Positions 40,390-49,407 of a stretch of DNA of 64,000 bases are shown piece after piece. How positions within the stretch are numbered: the first letter of the stretch is position 1; the number at the start of each line of letters is the position of its first letter. The translations under genes and the position numbers were made by a program. A model generated the notes under the pieces. It saw nothing but the letters and a program-made list of their open reading frames with translations, made no database searches and was not told the origin of the DNA. The DNA is from Candidatus Woesebacteria bacterium UBA5941 (GTDB taxonomy: Bacteria > Patescibacteriota > Microgenomatia > UBA8517): assembly GCA_002430735.1 (NCBI GenBank), contig DJCV01000012.1, forward strand, positions 1,390 through 65,389. The letters are read 5' to 3'.

Positions 40390-41775
40390 ATGGATAAGAT
40401 GGAAAAAATAGTTGCTCTTGCGAAGCGACGCGGTTTTGTATTTCAAACCTCAGAAATCTATGGAGGGCTTTCAAACTCCTATGATTACGGTCCTATGGGA
40501 TCAGAATTATTAAGAAATATTCGAAACCTCTGGTGGAGTGAGTTTATTCACAAACGAGAGGACATGGTTGGACTCGATTCTTCAATTATCTTGCATCCGC
40601 AAACATGGGTAGCAAGTGGGCACGTAGGTTCGTTTTCTGATCCCCTAGTTGAGGATGTGAAAACCCACAAACGATATCGTGCTGATCATATTATTGAGGC
40701 GTTTTTGCCTGATGACTCAGGAGTTATTGTTGAAGATATGTCGATTGAAGAAATGGGGCAGTTTATTCAAGAGAATAAAGTGAAAAGTCCGGAAGGAAAT
40801 GATTTAACACCTCCAAAAGCATTTAACCTTCTGTTTGAAACTGAAATTGGTTCAGTCGCCAATGATAAATCAAAAGTATATTTAAGAGGGGAAACAGCTC
40901 AAGGGATATTTACAAATTTTAAACAGGTTCTTGATTCAACTCGAGTGCAATTGCCGTTTGGTATCGGTCAAATTGGAAAAAGCTTTAGAAACGAAATCAC
41001 CACAGGGCAGTTTATTTTTAGAACCCTAGAATTTGAGCAGGCTGAAATTGAATACTTCTTTAATCCTAATGAATCGAATTGGGAAGACATCCTTAGTAAC
41101 TGGAAAGATGGAATGTGGAACTTTGTCACCAAAGTGTTGGGTATTAACGAAGAACACGTTCGATGGAGACAGCATACTGATAAAGAACGAAGCCACTACA
41201 GTAAAGATACGTATGATCTTGATTACCAATTCCCGTTCGGATGGAAAGAACTGTGGGGAGTTGCATATAGAACGGATTACGATTTAAAACAGCACATTGA
41301 GCATAGTAAAACAAATTTAGAGTATTTAGATCCAAAAACAAACAAAAAGTTTGTGCCGCATGTTATTGAACCTGCCGTAGGTGTCAATAGATTATTCTTA
41401 ATGGTATTAGCTGATGCATATACTGAGGATCCCGAAACTGGGCGAGTCGTATTAAAGCTTGACCCAAAGCTTGCTCCATACACGGCATGTATCTCGCCAC
41501 TTTTAGCCAACAAAGAAGAGCTTGTCACAAAGGCGAAGGAACTCTTTAATTCTATGAAATCCAAATATCACTTGGTGTGGGATGCGAGAGGCAACATCGG
41601 AAAGCGATATGCTGCACAAGATGAGATTGGAACACCGTTTTGCGTCGTTGTAGATTTCCAAACGCTTACTGATAACACGGTTACTGTTCGGGACCGCGAT
41701 ACGGGAGAGCAGGAACGGGTCGCGATCTCAGAACTTTCTCAGTATATTAACGATAGAGTTGAGAAGTCCGCTTAA
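40390..41775 (+). CDS. glyS: glycine--tRNA ligase (alpha2, class IIa type)
   Basis: AKRRGF...SEIYGG, YLRGETAQGIF, GKSFRNEIT, EFEQAEIE, HVIEPAVG, DEIGTPF; ATG 40390 preceded by TACAAT. Confidence 0.95.
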   Translation: MDKMEKIVALAKRRGFVFQTSEIYGGLSNSYDYGPMGSELLRNIRNLWWSEFIHKREDMVGLDSSIILHPQTWVASGHVGSFSDPLVEDVKTHKRYRADHIIEAFLPDDSGVIVEDMSIEEMGQFIQENKVKSPEGNDLTPPKAFNLLFETEIGSVANDKSKVYLRGETAQGIFTNFKQVLDSTRVQLPFGIGQIGKSFRNEITTGQFIFRTLEFEQAEIEYFFNPNESNWEDILSNWKDGMWNFVTKVLGINEEHVRWRQHTDKERSHYSKDTYDLDYQFPFGWKELWGVAYRTDYDLKQHIEHSKTNLEYLDPKTNKKFVPHVIEPAVGVNRLFLMVLADAYTEDPETGRVVLKLDPKLAPYTACISPLLANKEELVTKAKELFNSMKSKYHLVWDARGNIGKRYAAQDEIGTPFCVVVDFQTLTDNTVTVRDRDTGEQERVAISELSQYINDRVEKSA

Positions 41776-41776
41776 T

Positions 41777-41806
41777 TTGACAAGTGGAACAAGCGAATGA
41801 AAGAAT
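41777..41806 (+). promoter_or_regulatory. putative promoter, leaderless start
   Basis: TTGACA-18 nt-AAGAAT with TGn; 6 nt to ATG 41813. Confidence 0.45.
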
Positions 41807-41812
41807 AGACTA

Positions 41813-42562
41813 ATGAAAAAGTATACTCCATTTATACTCCTCGCCTTAGGTGTCGTTTTGGTGGTTGGTGTGTTTGCCTATACCAATAGCGGAGGCTCAT
41901 CAGTTACTGAACCTACTCCTATTGCAGACGAAGTAGCACCAGAAATCCCTTTTGATCAAAGACCATTTGTTAGCTTAACTCCACGCACAGACGGTCATTG
42001 GCTCAAGTTAACGGTAATGGGGGTTAACAAAGTAACTGGTGCAGCGAGCGTTGATTATGTTCTTGAATACACAACTGAAGCAGGCTTAAACCAAGGAGTC
42101 CCAGGAACTGTTAAGTTAAGTGGTATCACAACCATTGACCGAGATTTGTTGTTAGGATCTGAATCTTCAGGAAAGTTTCGATACGATGAGGGCGTGAGTA
42201 AGGGAATGATCACTCTTAAGTTTAGAGATGATAAAGGGAAGCTCTTAGGAAAGCTTGCAACCGATTTTCATTTCCAAGGTCCTGATACTGAATTAACCTC
42301 AGGTGATGGCATGTTTACTTACAAACTCGATAAGGCAATCAAAAAAGGCTACTTCGTTACAATGATGACTTTTGGTGTTCAAGAAGGGGTGAAAGGAACC
42401 ATTAACAAAGGTCCTTATGGAGTATTCTCTTCAGAAACCACCAAGTTGCCTGGAAAAGTAACGCTTGAAGGATCCTCAATTATGCGATGGGGAGAATCAA
42501 AATGGAATGAAGTTAAAAACGGCGTATCTCCAGATCTAGGTATTTTCGTATCTCTCCAATAA
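41813..42562 (+). CDS. hypothetical membrane-anchored/exported protein
   Basis: N-terminal hydrophobic helix, TEPTP linker, beta-rich remainder. Confidence 0.8.
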   Translation: MKKYTPFILLALGVVLVVGVFAYTNSGGSSVTEPTPIADEVAPEIPFDQRPFVSLTPRTDGHWLKLTVMGVNKVTGAASVDYVLEYTTEAGLNQGVPGTVKLSGITTIDRDLLLGSESSGKFRYDEGVSKGMITLKFRDDKGKLLGKLATDFHFQGPDTELTSGDGMFTYKLDKAIKKGYFVTMMTFGVQEGVKGTINKGPYGVFSSETTKLPGKVTLEGSSIMRWGESKWNEVKNGVSPDLGIFVSLQ

Positions 42563-42589
42563 AAAGACCGGGGTATAAGCCCGGCTTTT
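42561..42589. terminator. bidirectional intrinsic terminator
   Basis: AAAAAGA-CCGGG-GTATAAG-CCCGG-CTTTT between convergent units. Confidence 0.75.
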
Positions 42590-42602
42590 GCCACGATTTA
42601 CT

Positions 42603-42826
42603 CTATGGCAATAATATGTGTGCGGCGAGATTTACCGCCTCTTCAATATCTGTAGACTTCCACAGCTTAAACGGAGCGGCTTCTCGAACAAACAAATGAT
42701 TGTGAACATTGTTCGGCTCCATTAATAGAATTACCGGAGTTCTAGCTTCATATGCCCAGGCTAATTCAAAACATGTACCAAATATACCATTGGACGATGA
42801 ATGAGTCTCAGTGGTTGTGTCTCCAC
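42603..42826 (-). pseudogene. internally deleted, frameshifted nucleoside 2-deoxyribosyltransferase-like gene
   Basis: AAGGAGG + GTG gives METQPLRLIHRPMVYL, then shifts frame into FGTCFELAWAYEARTPVILLMEPNNVHNHLFVREAAP...IEEAVNLAAHILLP*; 224 nt, not a multiple of 3. Confidence 0.6.
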
Positions 42827-42922
42827 AGTGTATCCTCCTTACATTATCGATACAGGGTTATACCTGAGGCGCGCGCAGTTTTCATAACCTCAAAGCCTGT
42901 AAGAAATACGTAAGATTTCCCC

Positions 42923-42976
42923 TTGACGTGTCCGTGAAAACACGTCAAAATGGTGAAGATTGGTGACAAATGGTGA
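42923..42976 (+). promoter_or_regulatory. dcw promoter with inverted repeat and three MraZ-box-like direct repeats
   Basis: TTGACG-17-CAAAAT; TTGACGTGT/ACACGTCAA inverted repeat; TGGTGA at 42951, 42961 and 42971 (10-nt period) just before the mraZ ATG. Confidence 0.75.
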
Positions 42977-42979
42977 AAT

Positions 42980-43411
42980 ATGCTCTTAGGAAACTATTCA
43001 ACGAACTTAAGTCAGGGGAAGCGATTAGCAATTCCCAAGAAATTTCGGTCTCAACTGGGAGACTCATGTATTGTGGCCAAATGGTACGACAAATGTCTGG
43101 TAGTTCTCTCACCCGACAATTGGTCTGAACTTTTACAACGGTTAACAGTTACTGATTCTGTTCCAACAGCAGCAGTTCGAGACACGATGCGATTCGTAAT
43201 GGGATCAGCATATGAGGTTTCACCTGATGCTCAAGGAAGAGTGGTACTTCCTGATAGTTTATTAAATTATGCAGGGATTACTGGGGAAGTGGTCTTTTTA
43301 GGATTGGGTTCACGAGTTGAGGTTTGGGATAAGAAAGAATGGGAAACAAAGGAAAGCTTTATTGGTGAGAATGCCGCTGCCCTATTAGAACAGATGGCAG
43401 ATGGAAAATAA
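42980..43411 (+). CDS. mraZ: division/cell wall cluster transcriptional repressor MraZ
   Basis: RLAIPKKFR, DAQGRVVLP, GLGSRVEVW. Confidence 0.95.
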   Translation: MLLGNYSTNLSQGKRLAIPKKFRSQLGDSCIVAKWYDKCLVVLSPDNWSELLQRLTVTDSVPTAAVRDTMRFVMGSAYEVSPDAQGRVVLPDSLLNYAGITGEVVFLGLGSRVEVWDKKEWETKESFIGENAAALLEQMADGK

Positions 43412-44249
43412 TTACACGCACATTCCAGTTTTACTTGAAGAGACGATTCACGAACTAAATGTTATTGAAGGTGGACGATACATCGACGGCACATTGGGTG
43501 CTGGCGGTCATTCTGAAGCCATTTTGAAAAAAGGAGGATTAGTTTTGGGAATCGAAGCTGACGAAACTATGCTCAAAATCGCGGAGGAGCGTCTATCCGT
43601 TTACTGTCCTACGCTTGTCCGAGGGAATTTTGGGTCAATGGAATTAATTGCAACTGCCCAGCAATTAATTCCAGTTGATGGTGTCGTTCTTGATTTAGGA
43701 ATTTCTAACTATCATTACGACACGCTTGAGCGGGGATTCAGCTTTAAAAGACCAAACCAACCCCTTGATTTACGGCTTTCGACTGAGCAAGGAGTTACCG
43801 GGAGCACTCTATTAAACATATTGTCTGAAGAGCAGTTAAGAGAGTTATTTGAACCCATCATTGGGAATCAAAAGGCTCGGACAATTGTAAGACGAGTTGT
43901 TGAACGGCGATTAACAAAGCCATTTCAAACAGTAGGTGATCTATCAAATATCGCGGGAAGCCTGAGTCCTGAGACATTCCTGGCACTACGGATCGCCGTT
44001 AATACCGAATTCGTTGTATTAGAAAAAGGAATAGTAGGAGCGGTGAACATTTTGAAGAGCAAAGGAAGACTCGCAATCATTTCCTTTCATTCATTAGAAG
44101 ATAAAATCGTTAGTCGTTTGTTCAAGAAACTAGAACGAGATGGAATAGTACGACAATTGCAAAAAAGCCCTATTATCCCAAGCGAGAAAGAAATAGAGCT
44201 GAATGCAAAAAGCAGATCAGCATTATTAAGAAGTATTGAAAAAATTTAA
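43401..44249 (+). CDS. rsmH: 16S rRNA C1402 N4-methyltransferase
   Basis: HIPVLLEE, DGTLGAGGHS, DLGIS, ALRIAVN, ISFHSLED. Confidence 0.95.
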   Translation: MENNYTHIPVLLEETIHELNVIEGGRYIDGTLGAGGHSEAILKKGGLVLGIEADETMLKIAEERLSVYCPTLVRGNFGSMELIATAQQLIPVDGVVLDLGISNYHYDTLERGFSFKRPNQPLDLRLSTEQGVTGSTLLNILSEEQLRELFEPIIGNQKARTIVRRVVERRLTKPFQTVGDLSNIAGSLSPETFLALRIAVNTEFVVLEKGIVGAVNILKSKGRLAIISFHSLEDKIVSRLFKKLERDGIVRQLQKSPIIPSEKEIELNAKSRSALLRSIEKI

Positions 44250-44250
44250 T

Positions 44251-44532
44251 ATGAATAATCATTCAAAAGTTACTAAAAAGTTCGTCATCCTTCCAGTTCT
44301 CCTGATCACTGGAATTGTAATCACCTCAGTGTTTACAACCGCAACAGGGGCTGTGCTTCAATCAGTGAAGTCAGACATCTCAACCCTTTCGACTGATACG
44401 GAACAAGTCCAAGAAGAACTTCATACCAAAACTTCATTAACGAACTTGTCTGAGAAAATCGCAGCTCTTGGATTTAGCAAGAGTACTGTGAAGTACGTAA
44501 AGGACACTGCAGGAGCATTGGCCTCAAAGTAA
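44251..44532 (+). CDS. FtsL-like cell division protein
   Basis: TM plus coiled coil and IAALGF; located between rsmH and ftsI. Confidence 0.65.
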   Translation: MNNHSKVTKKFVILPVLLITGIVITSVFTTATGAVLQSVKSDISTLSTDTEQVQEELHTKTSLTNLSEKIAALGFSKSTVKYVKDTAGALASK

Positions 44533-44533
44533 T

Positions 44534-46252
44534 ATGCAAGATCGAAGTAGAATTCTCGCAGGTTCATTCATGATCGGTGTCGTCGCACTTATTATACGAC
44601 TCTTCTATTGGCAAATTATCGAAGGCGCACGACTCTCGGATGTTGCTGCTGCACAACAAACAAACAGACAAACCTTAAATGCAAAACGAGGTCGTATTCT
44701 CGCGTCTGATGGTTCTGTGTTAACAGCCTCAGCACCGACTTGGAACATGTTTTTATATAGACCAGAGAGCGAAACAAAAGAGCCAGAAATTATAACCCGG
44801 GTCACACCGCTCCTTGTGCCAAATAGTACTGATATGCTTGCAATCTCCAGTGAAAGCGCTCGATTACAGTCCATCCTTTCTAACGCTTCAGCACAATGGC
44901 TTCCTCTTAAAAATCACATGAGTCGCGAACAAAAGTCTGCCATTGAGTCATTGAAAATAAAAGGCATTGGATTTGATCAAACAGAAGCGCGTATGTATCC
45001 AGAAGCTTCCATGAGCGCACACATTTTGGGGTTTGTAGGGAAGGCAGATAATGGTGAGGACATCGGGTACTTTGGGTTAGAAGGAAATTATGATCTATTG
45101 CTCTCTGGAAAAAGCGGAGTATACGAGACGGAGGCAAACGCATTAGGTGCCCCAATTGTGACGGAGGATGATGTGAAGCTCAGTTCATTTTCAGGAGTAG
45201 ACTTGCGTACGAGTATTGAGAAGCGGATTCAACTCAGCGTGGAAAAACACCTGAGAGACGGGCTCGCGAAATATGAGGCTGACGCGGGGACTATTACCGT
45301 AATGGATCCTAAAACCGGTGAGATATTAGCTATGGCGGCATTCCCATCCTATGATCCAGGGAAATATTTCGAGAGTGATGACAGTTTATTTAGAAATCCA
45401 ATTATCTCCGACTCTTTTGAGCCCGGTTCGATTATGAAACCGATTGTTATGGCATCTGCTTTTGATGCTGGGCTTATTAACCCAGCTACCGAGTGTGATA
45501 TCTGTTCCGGACCATACCACACAGGTCCGTATGTGATTCGCACTTGGAATAATCAATATTATGCAAACACAACGATGGCTGATGTAATAAAACATTCAGA
45601 TAACGTTGGGATGGTGTTCATTGGCAATAAACTGGGGACACCACGTCTCTATGAGTATCTTTCAAAGTTTGGTTTTGGGACATACACAGGAATTGATTTG
45701 CAAGGTGAGTTCGATGCGCCAATGAGAAAAAAGGAGGAGTGGGGAGAGGTCGAACGACATACTGCGTCTTTCGGTCAAGGAATTGCCGTGACCCCGATAC
45801 AAATGCTTTCAGCAATCTCAGTTATTGCTAACAAAGGCATTTCCACAACCCCACATGTGGTAAAAGCAGTGGAACTGGGTTCGTGGAAAAAGGAGAAGCG
45901 ATATCCGCAAGGTAAACGTGTCATTAGCGAGGAAGCAAGTAATCAAATAACGTCTATTATGGTAAACGCGGTTTCTCAAGGTGAAGCCAAATGGGCAGTA
46001 CCAAAAGGATACGAGCATACGTTTGCAGGGAAAACAGGAACCGCCCAGATTGCAGTTGAAGGTAAGTACGATGAGGAAAAAACGAACGCAAGCTTTATTG
46101 GGTTTGCCCCAGCGAACGATCCTCGGTTTGCAATGCTTATTACGCTCAAGCAACCAAAGACTTCCCCCTGGGCATCAGAAACCGCAGCTCCATTGTGGTT
46201 CCAAACAGCAGCTGATCTTATGAGATATTTAGGCATTCCGCCAAAACAGTAG
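44534..46252 (+). CDS. ftsI: class B penicillin-binding protein (FtsI)
   Basis: RGRI, GLEG, EPGSIMK (SxxK), HSDN (SxN), KTGTAQ. Confidence 0.9.
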   Translation: MQDRSRILAGSFMIGVVALIIRLFYWQIIEGARLSDVAAAQQTNRQTLNAKRGRILASDGSVLTASAPTWNMFLYRPESETKEPEIITRVTPLLVPNSTDMLAISSESARLQSILSNASAQWLPLKNHMSREQKSAIESLKIKGIGFDQTEARMYPEASMSAHILGFVGKADNGEDIGYFGLEGNYDLLLSGKSGVYETEANALGAPIVTEDDVKLSSFSGVDLRTSIEKRIQLSVEKHLRDGLAKYEADAGTITVMDPKTGEILAMAAFPSYDPGKYFESDDSLFRNPIISDSFEPGSIMKPIVMASAFDAGLINPATECDICSGPYHTGPYVIRTWNNQYYANTTMADVIKHSDNVGMVFIGNKLGTPRLYEYLSKFGFGTYTGIDLQGEFDAPMRKKEEWGEVERHTASFGQGIAVTPIQMLSAISVIANKGISTTPHVVKAVELGSWKKEKRYPQGKRVISEEASNQITSIMVNAVSQGEAKWAVPKGYEHTFAGKTGTAQIAVEGKYDEEKTNASFIGFAPANDPRFAMLITLKQPKTSPWASETAAPLWFQTAADLMRYLGIPPKQ

Positions 46253-46266
46253 TACAATAACCACTC

Positions 46267-47400
46267 ATGAAACACGTCGCAATTTGCTTTGGAGGAATTT
46301 CACCTGAACATGAAGTATCAGTCATTACTGGACTGCAAGTGATCGAGAATATTGAGACAAGTGAATTTATCCCCTACGCCCTTTATGTTGCCCCATCGGG
46401 TGAATTTTCCTTGTTAAGGAATCTTACTGACCGTTCTGATTTCTTAAAAACCGCACGAACCCAGATTCGATTCGGACGAGATGACAAAGGTGGATATTTT
46501 GAAACGGTGGGGCTCTTCGGAAAGAAAACGTATCTTGATTGTGCGTATTTTGCATTCCACGGAGGCACTGGTGAATCTGGCCAACTGCAAGGTATGTTTG
46601 AGTCGCTTGGGATCCCACACACAGGAGCAACGGTACTCGGGGCGGCACTAAGTATGAACAAAGCAGCGACAAAGGAAATGCTCACCGCATATGAAATCCC
46701 TTCAATTCCTGGAGTATCTGTTGATAGCGATGCTGCGCGATTACAAACGAAAGATGTCGTTTCACATGTACTGGAGGAATTAAAGTTGCCCGTAATTGTG
46801 AAGCCATCACATCTTGGTTCAAGTATTGGAGTCACCATTGCGAAGACCTCAGGAGCGTTAACAAAAGCACTTCTTGCTGCGTCTCAGATCGACTCTGAGA
46901 TCGTTATCGAAAAGCTCATGGAAGATTTTATTGAATACAATTGTGCAGTAAAACGCGTCAACGGGGAGCTCCTTGTAAGTGAAGTAGAGCGACCTATTAA
47001 AAAGGATCTGATTTTATCGTTTGCTGATAAGTATGAGCGTGGTGGTGGTAAGAAAACCGGAGGTATGGCTTCTCTCTCACGAGAGTTACCAGCAAAAATC
47101 TCTCCACGCTTGAAAGATGAAATCCAAGAGCTCGCAAAAACGATGTATGAAGCTGTGAGGGCAGAGGGAATGTTACGATGCGACTTTATGCTTGTTGGAA
47201 AACGACTCTATCCAATCGAAATAAATCCGATCCCGGGTTCAATGGCCTTTTATTTGTGGGAAGCAAGTGGAATGAGTTTTACAGACCAAATAACCGAAGC
47301 GATTACTGAAGCTATTCGAACATTTGAAAATGCCAAGGAGAAAAATTTAAAATACGACTCCGATATTATTAAAAACTTCGTTAATAGTACAGATCATTAA
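46267..47400 (+). CDS. ddl: D-alanine--D-alanine ligase
   Basis: FGGISPEHEVS, HGGTGESG, KPSHLGSSIG, EINPIPGS. Confidence 0.92.
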   Translation: MKHVAICFGGISPEHEVSVITGLQVIENIETSEFIPYALYVAPSGEFSLLRNLTDRSDFLKTARTQIRFGRDDKGGYFETVGLFGKKTYLDCAYFAFHGGTGESGQLQGMFESLGIPHTGATVLGAALSMNKAATKEMLTAYEIPSIPGVSVDSDAARLQTKDVVSHVLEELKLPVIVKPSHLGSSIGVTIAKTSGALTKALLAASQIDSEIVIEKLMEDFIEYNCAVKRVNGELLVSEVERPIKKDLILSFADKYERGGGKKTGGMASLSRELPAKISPRLKDEIQELAKTMYEAVRAEGMLRCDFMLVGKRLYPIEINPIPGSMAFYLWEASGMSFTDQITEAITEAIRTFENAKEKNLKYDSDIIKNFVNSTDH

Positions 47401-48697
47401 GTTCTGGCTGTATAAGAAGGATATATTTTTTAGGACTGTATTTGTCAGAAATAATGTTCCACGCTTCACTCAATGTCTGTGCTCTATGAAACCGGCTCCG
47501 AATCATGTCTTTAGAGAGTATTGTGTTTAAAAGGACAACTTCATCAACATGCTTCTCCAAGTAATCTGCGTATTTTTTGTTGGCATCTAGATTGTCTGGA
47601 CCGAGTTCGGGTATTCCACCTGTCACAACAATTGTCTTCTTTTTCTCTTTGTCTCCGAGCTTTTTTAGTTCAGAAACCGCTGCTAAGGCTGTAGTAAAAC
47701 TTATGTTGTATGAATCATCAATTACACGATATCCATTCATATAAGAAAGTTTCTGTCGTCTGTCAGGCAGTGTTAGATTTTGCAATGTGTCTTTAATAAT
47801 TTCTTTGGGAATATCAAACTCTTCTGAAATCTTTTTTGCCATGAGTAAATCCTTTTGGGCGCTCTCGCTTCTGATGTTTGATTTTATGTAAATACTACTA
47901 TCAATTTTTGTTACTGCTTTTGTAAAAGCGATACCAAGCTGTTTTAATTTTTTATATTCCTCGTTGAACATGAATAATTTGGCATGAGGTTTAGCATACT
48001 CAAATATCTCAAGTATTGCCTGCGCCATCTTTTTGCGATTGCCAAATCGTTCAACGTGTTGATCTCCAATTGATGTAATTACAGCCATGTCAGGTGGCGT
48101 TATCATACAACTGCGTCTAATTTCTCCCTGAAAATAAGTATCCATCTCCACGATAAGGAGTTCTGTATTGTCTTTCAATTCTTTTATAACCCATGCTGCA
48201 ATGCCTGTTGGAGTATTTATATTTCCAGGCACCATCTGAGTGCGTTTCGTAAAACGAATCAACTCGTAGAAGAAATTTTTTGTTGTCGTTTTTCCATATG
48301 AGCCCGCAACACCAACTATTAATAAGTCAGAACGCATTGCAACAATTCCAGCAGCTTTTCGTTGTAAACGATATTTCATGAACGAATAAAACGGAGTTAG
48401 TAAGACGTTTGATAACAACACAAAAAAAGGTATAAGGAGCACAGTCCCTAATATGCTTACTGGTGATATAACCATAAAAACGAGAGAAAGAACTGTGATT
48501 GATACGGATAAGAGACATGTTGTTTGTATTCGAGAAGTGAATTTTAAAGTATCGCGCTTTTGCAGTTTGCGCTTGAAATAAAACTGAGGCAATCGATTCA
48601 GATATCGTTGTGAATCGTATTCTTCTAATTGCAAGATATACAAAAAGTCCTCAAAAGGAAAAATGTATTTATAACTGTTCAATAAATTCTTTAACAT
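47381..48697 (-). CDS. murF: MurF-like Mur ligase with N-terminal membrane segments
   Basis: GVAGSYGKTTTK, NINTPTG, VEMD, DQH, IDDSYN, ELG; ATG 48697. Confidence 0.8.
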   Translation of the reverse strand: MLKNLLNSYKYIFPFEDFLYILQLEEYDSQRYLNRLPQFYFKRKLQKRDTLKFTSRIQTTCLLSVSITVLSLVFMVISPVSILGTVLLIPFFVLLSNVLLTPFYSFMKYRLQRKAAGIVAMRSDLLIVGVAGSYGKTTTKNFFYELIRFTKRTQMVPGNINTPTGIAAWVIKELKDNTELLIVEMDTYFQGEIRRSCMITPPDMAVITSIGDQHVERFGNRKKMAQAILEIFEYAKPHAKLFMFNEEYKKLKQLGIAFTKAVTKIDSSIYIKSNIRSESAQKDLLMAKKISEEFDIPKEIIKDTLQNLTLPDRRQKLSYMNGYRVIDDSYNISFTTALAAVSELKKLGDKEKKKTIVVTGGIPELGPDNLDANKKYADYLEKHVDEVVLLNTILSKDMIRSRFHRAQTLSEAWNIISDKYSPKKYILLIQPELNDLYY

Positions 48698-49352
48698 ATC
48701 CGAAAAATAAATATGGATGTGAGACAAACGTATTATGTTTTGCCTTTTTTATTACTTTCAACTGAGACTTGGGAATGAGTGTATTGGTTTTATGTGCAAT
48801 TTGCAAAGGTGCGCTGTCATCATTTTCTCCCCAAATAAGAAGCGTTGGAACTTTGATTCGTGGCAGAAACGAGGTTTGGTCAAATGGAACAACATTTCGT
48901 AAAATACCGCCAAGGCCTTTAGTAGACGCTACCTTTAAATCATCTGAGTAAAACTGAGATTTCACTATGTCAGGTGTTACCGACTTAAACGTTTTAGAGA
49001 AGAGTTTTTTTATTTTCACTGAGGTAGATGGGCTATAGATCGTTGGGGTACCGGACAATATAAGTGCCTTTACATATGCTGGATCCTGTGATGCAAGGTA
49101 TGCCGCGATTCTTCCGCCGAAGGAATGGCCTAATAGTATGACATCTGAAAGCTTCTGTCGTTTTATATAGAGAGACACCCATTCTGCATATTCAGGTATC
49201 CCCCAATTAGTCGGAGGTAATGGCTCCTCACCAAAACCCGGCAAATCAATGATGTGGACAGAACGAATTGCTTGTATTCCTCTTAATTGCGATTCAAGAT
49301 TCATCCATTCTTTTTTGGTATGCCCCCACCCATGAAGAACAAGTAAATCCAT
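48669..49352 (-). CDS. alpha/beta hydrolase
   Basis: LHGWG, DLPGFG, GHSFGG nucleophile elbow, WGEND, KH. Confidence 0.9.
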   Translation of the reverse strand: MDLLVLHGWGHTKKEWMNLESQLRGIQAIRSVHIIDLPGFGEEPLPPTNWGIPEYAEWVSLYIKRQKLSDVILLGHSFGGRIAAYLASQDPAYVKALILSGTPTIYSPSTSVKIKKLFSKTFKSVTPDIVKSQFYSDDLKVASTKGLGGILRNVVPFDQTSFLPRIKVPTLLIWGENDDSAPLQIAHKTNTLIPKSQLKVIKKAKHNTFVSHPYLFFGYVKEFIEQL

Positions 49353-49407
49353 TTCTCTATTATATATGGTATTTTGAACTGGATGTTATAATTATCTATT
49401 GGGAACA

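Noticed and set aside
42951-42976. Mini-CRISPR or iteron array
   Set aside because: Only three hexamers at a 10-nt period directly before mraZ, which MraZ boxes explain
47014-47040. D-Ala-D-Lac (vancomycin-resistance-type) ligase
   Set aside because: The omega loop reads SFADKY, retaining the Lys-Tyr typical of D-Ala-D-Ala ligases
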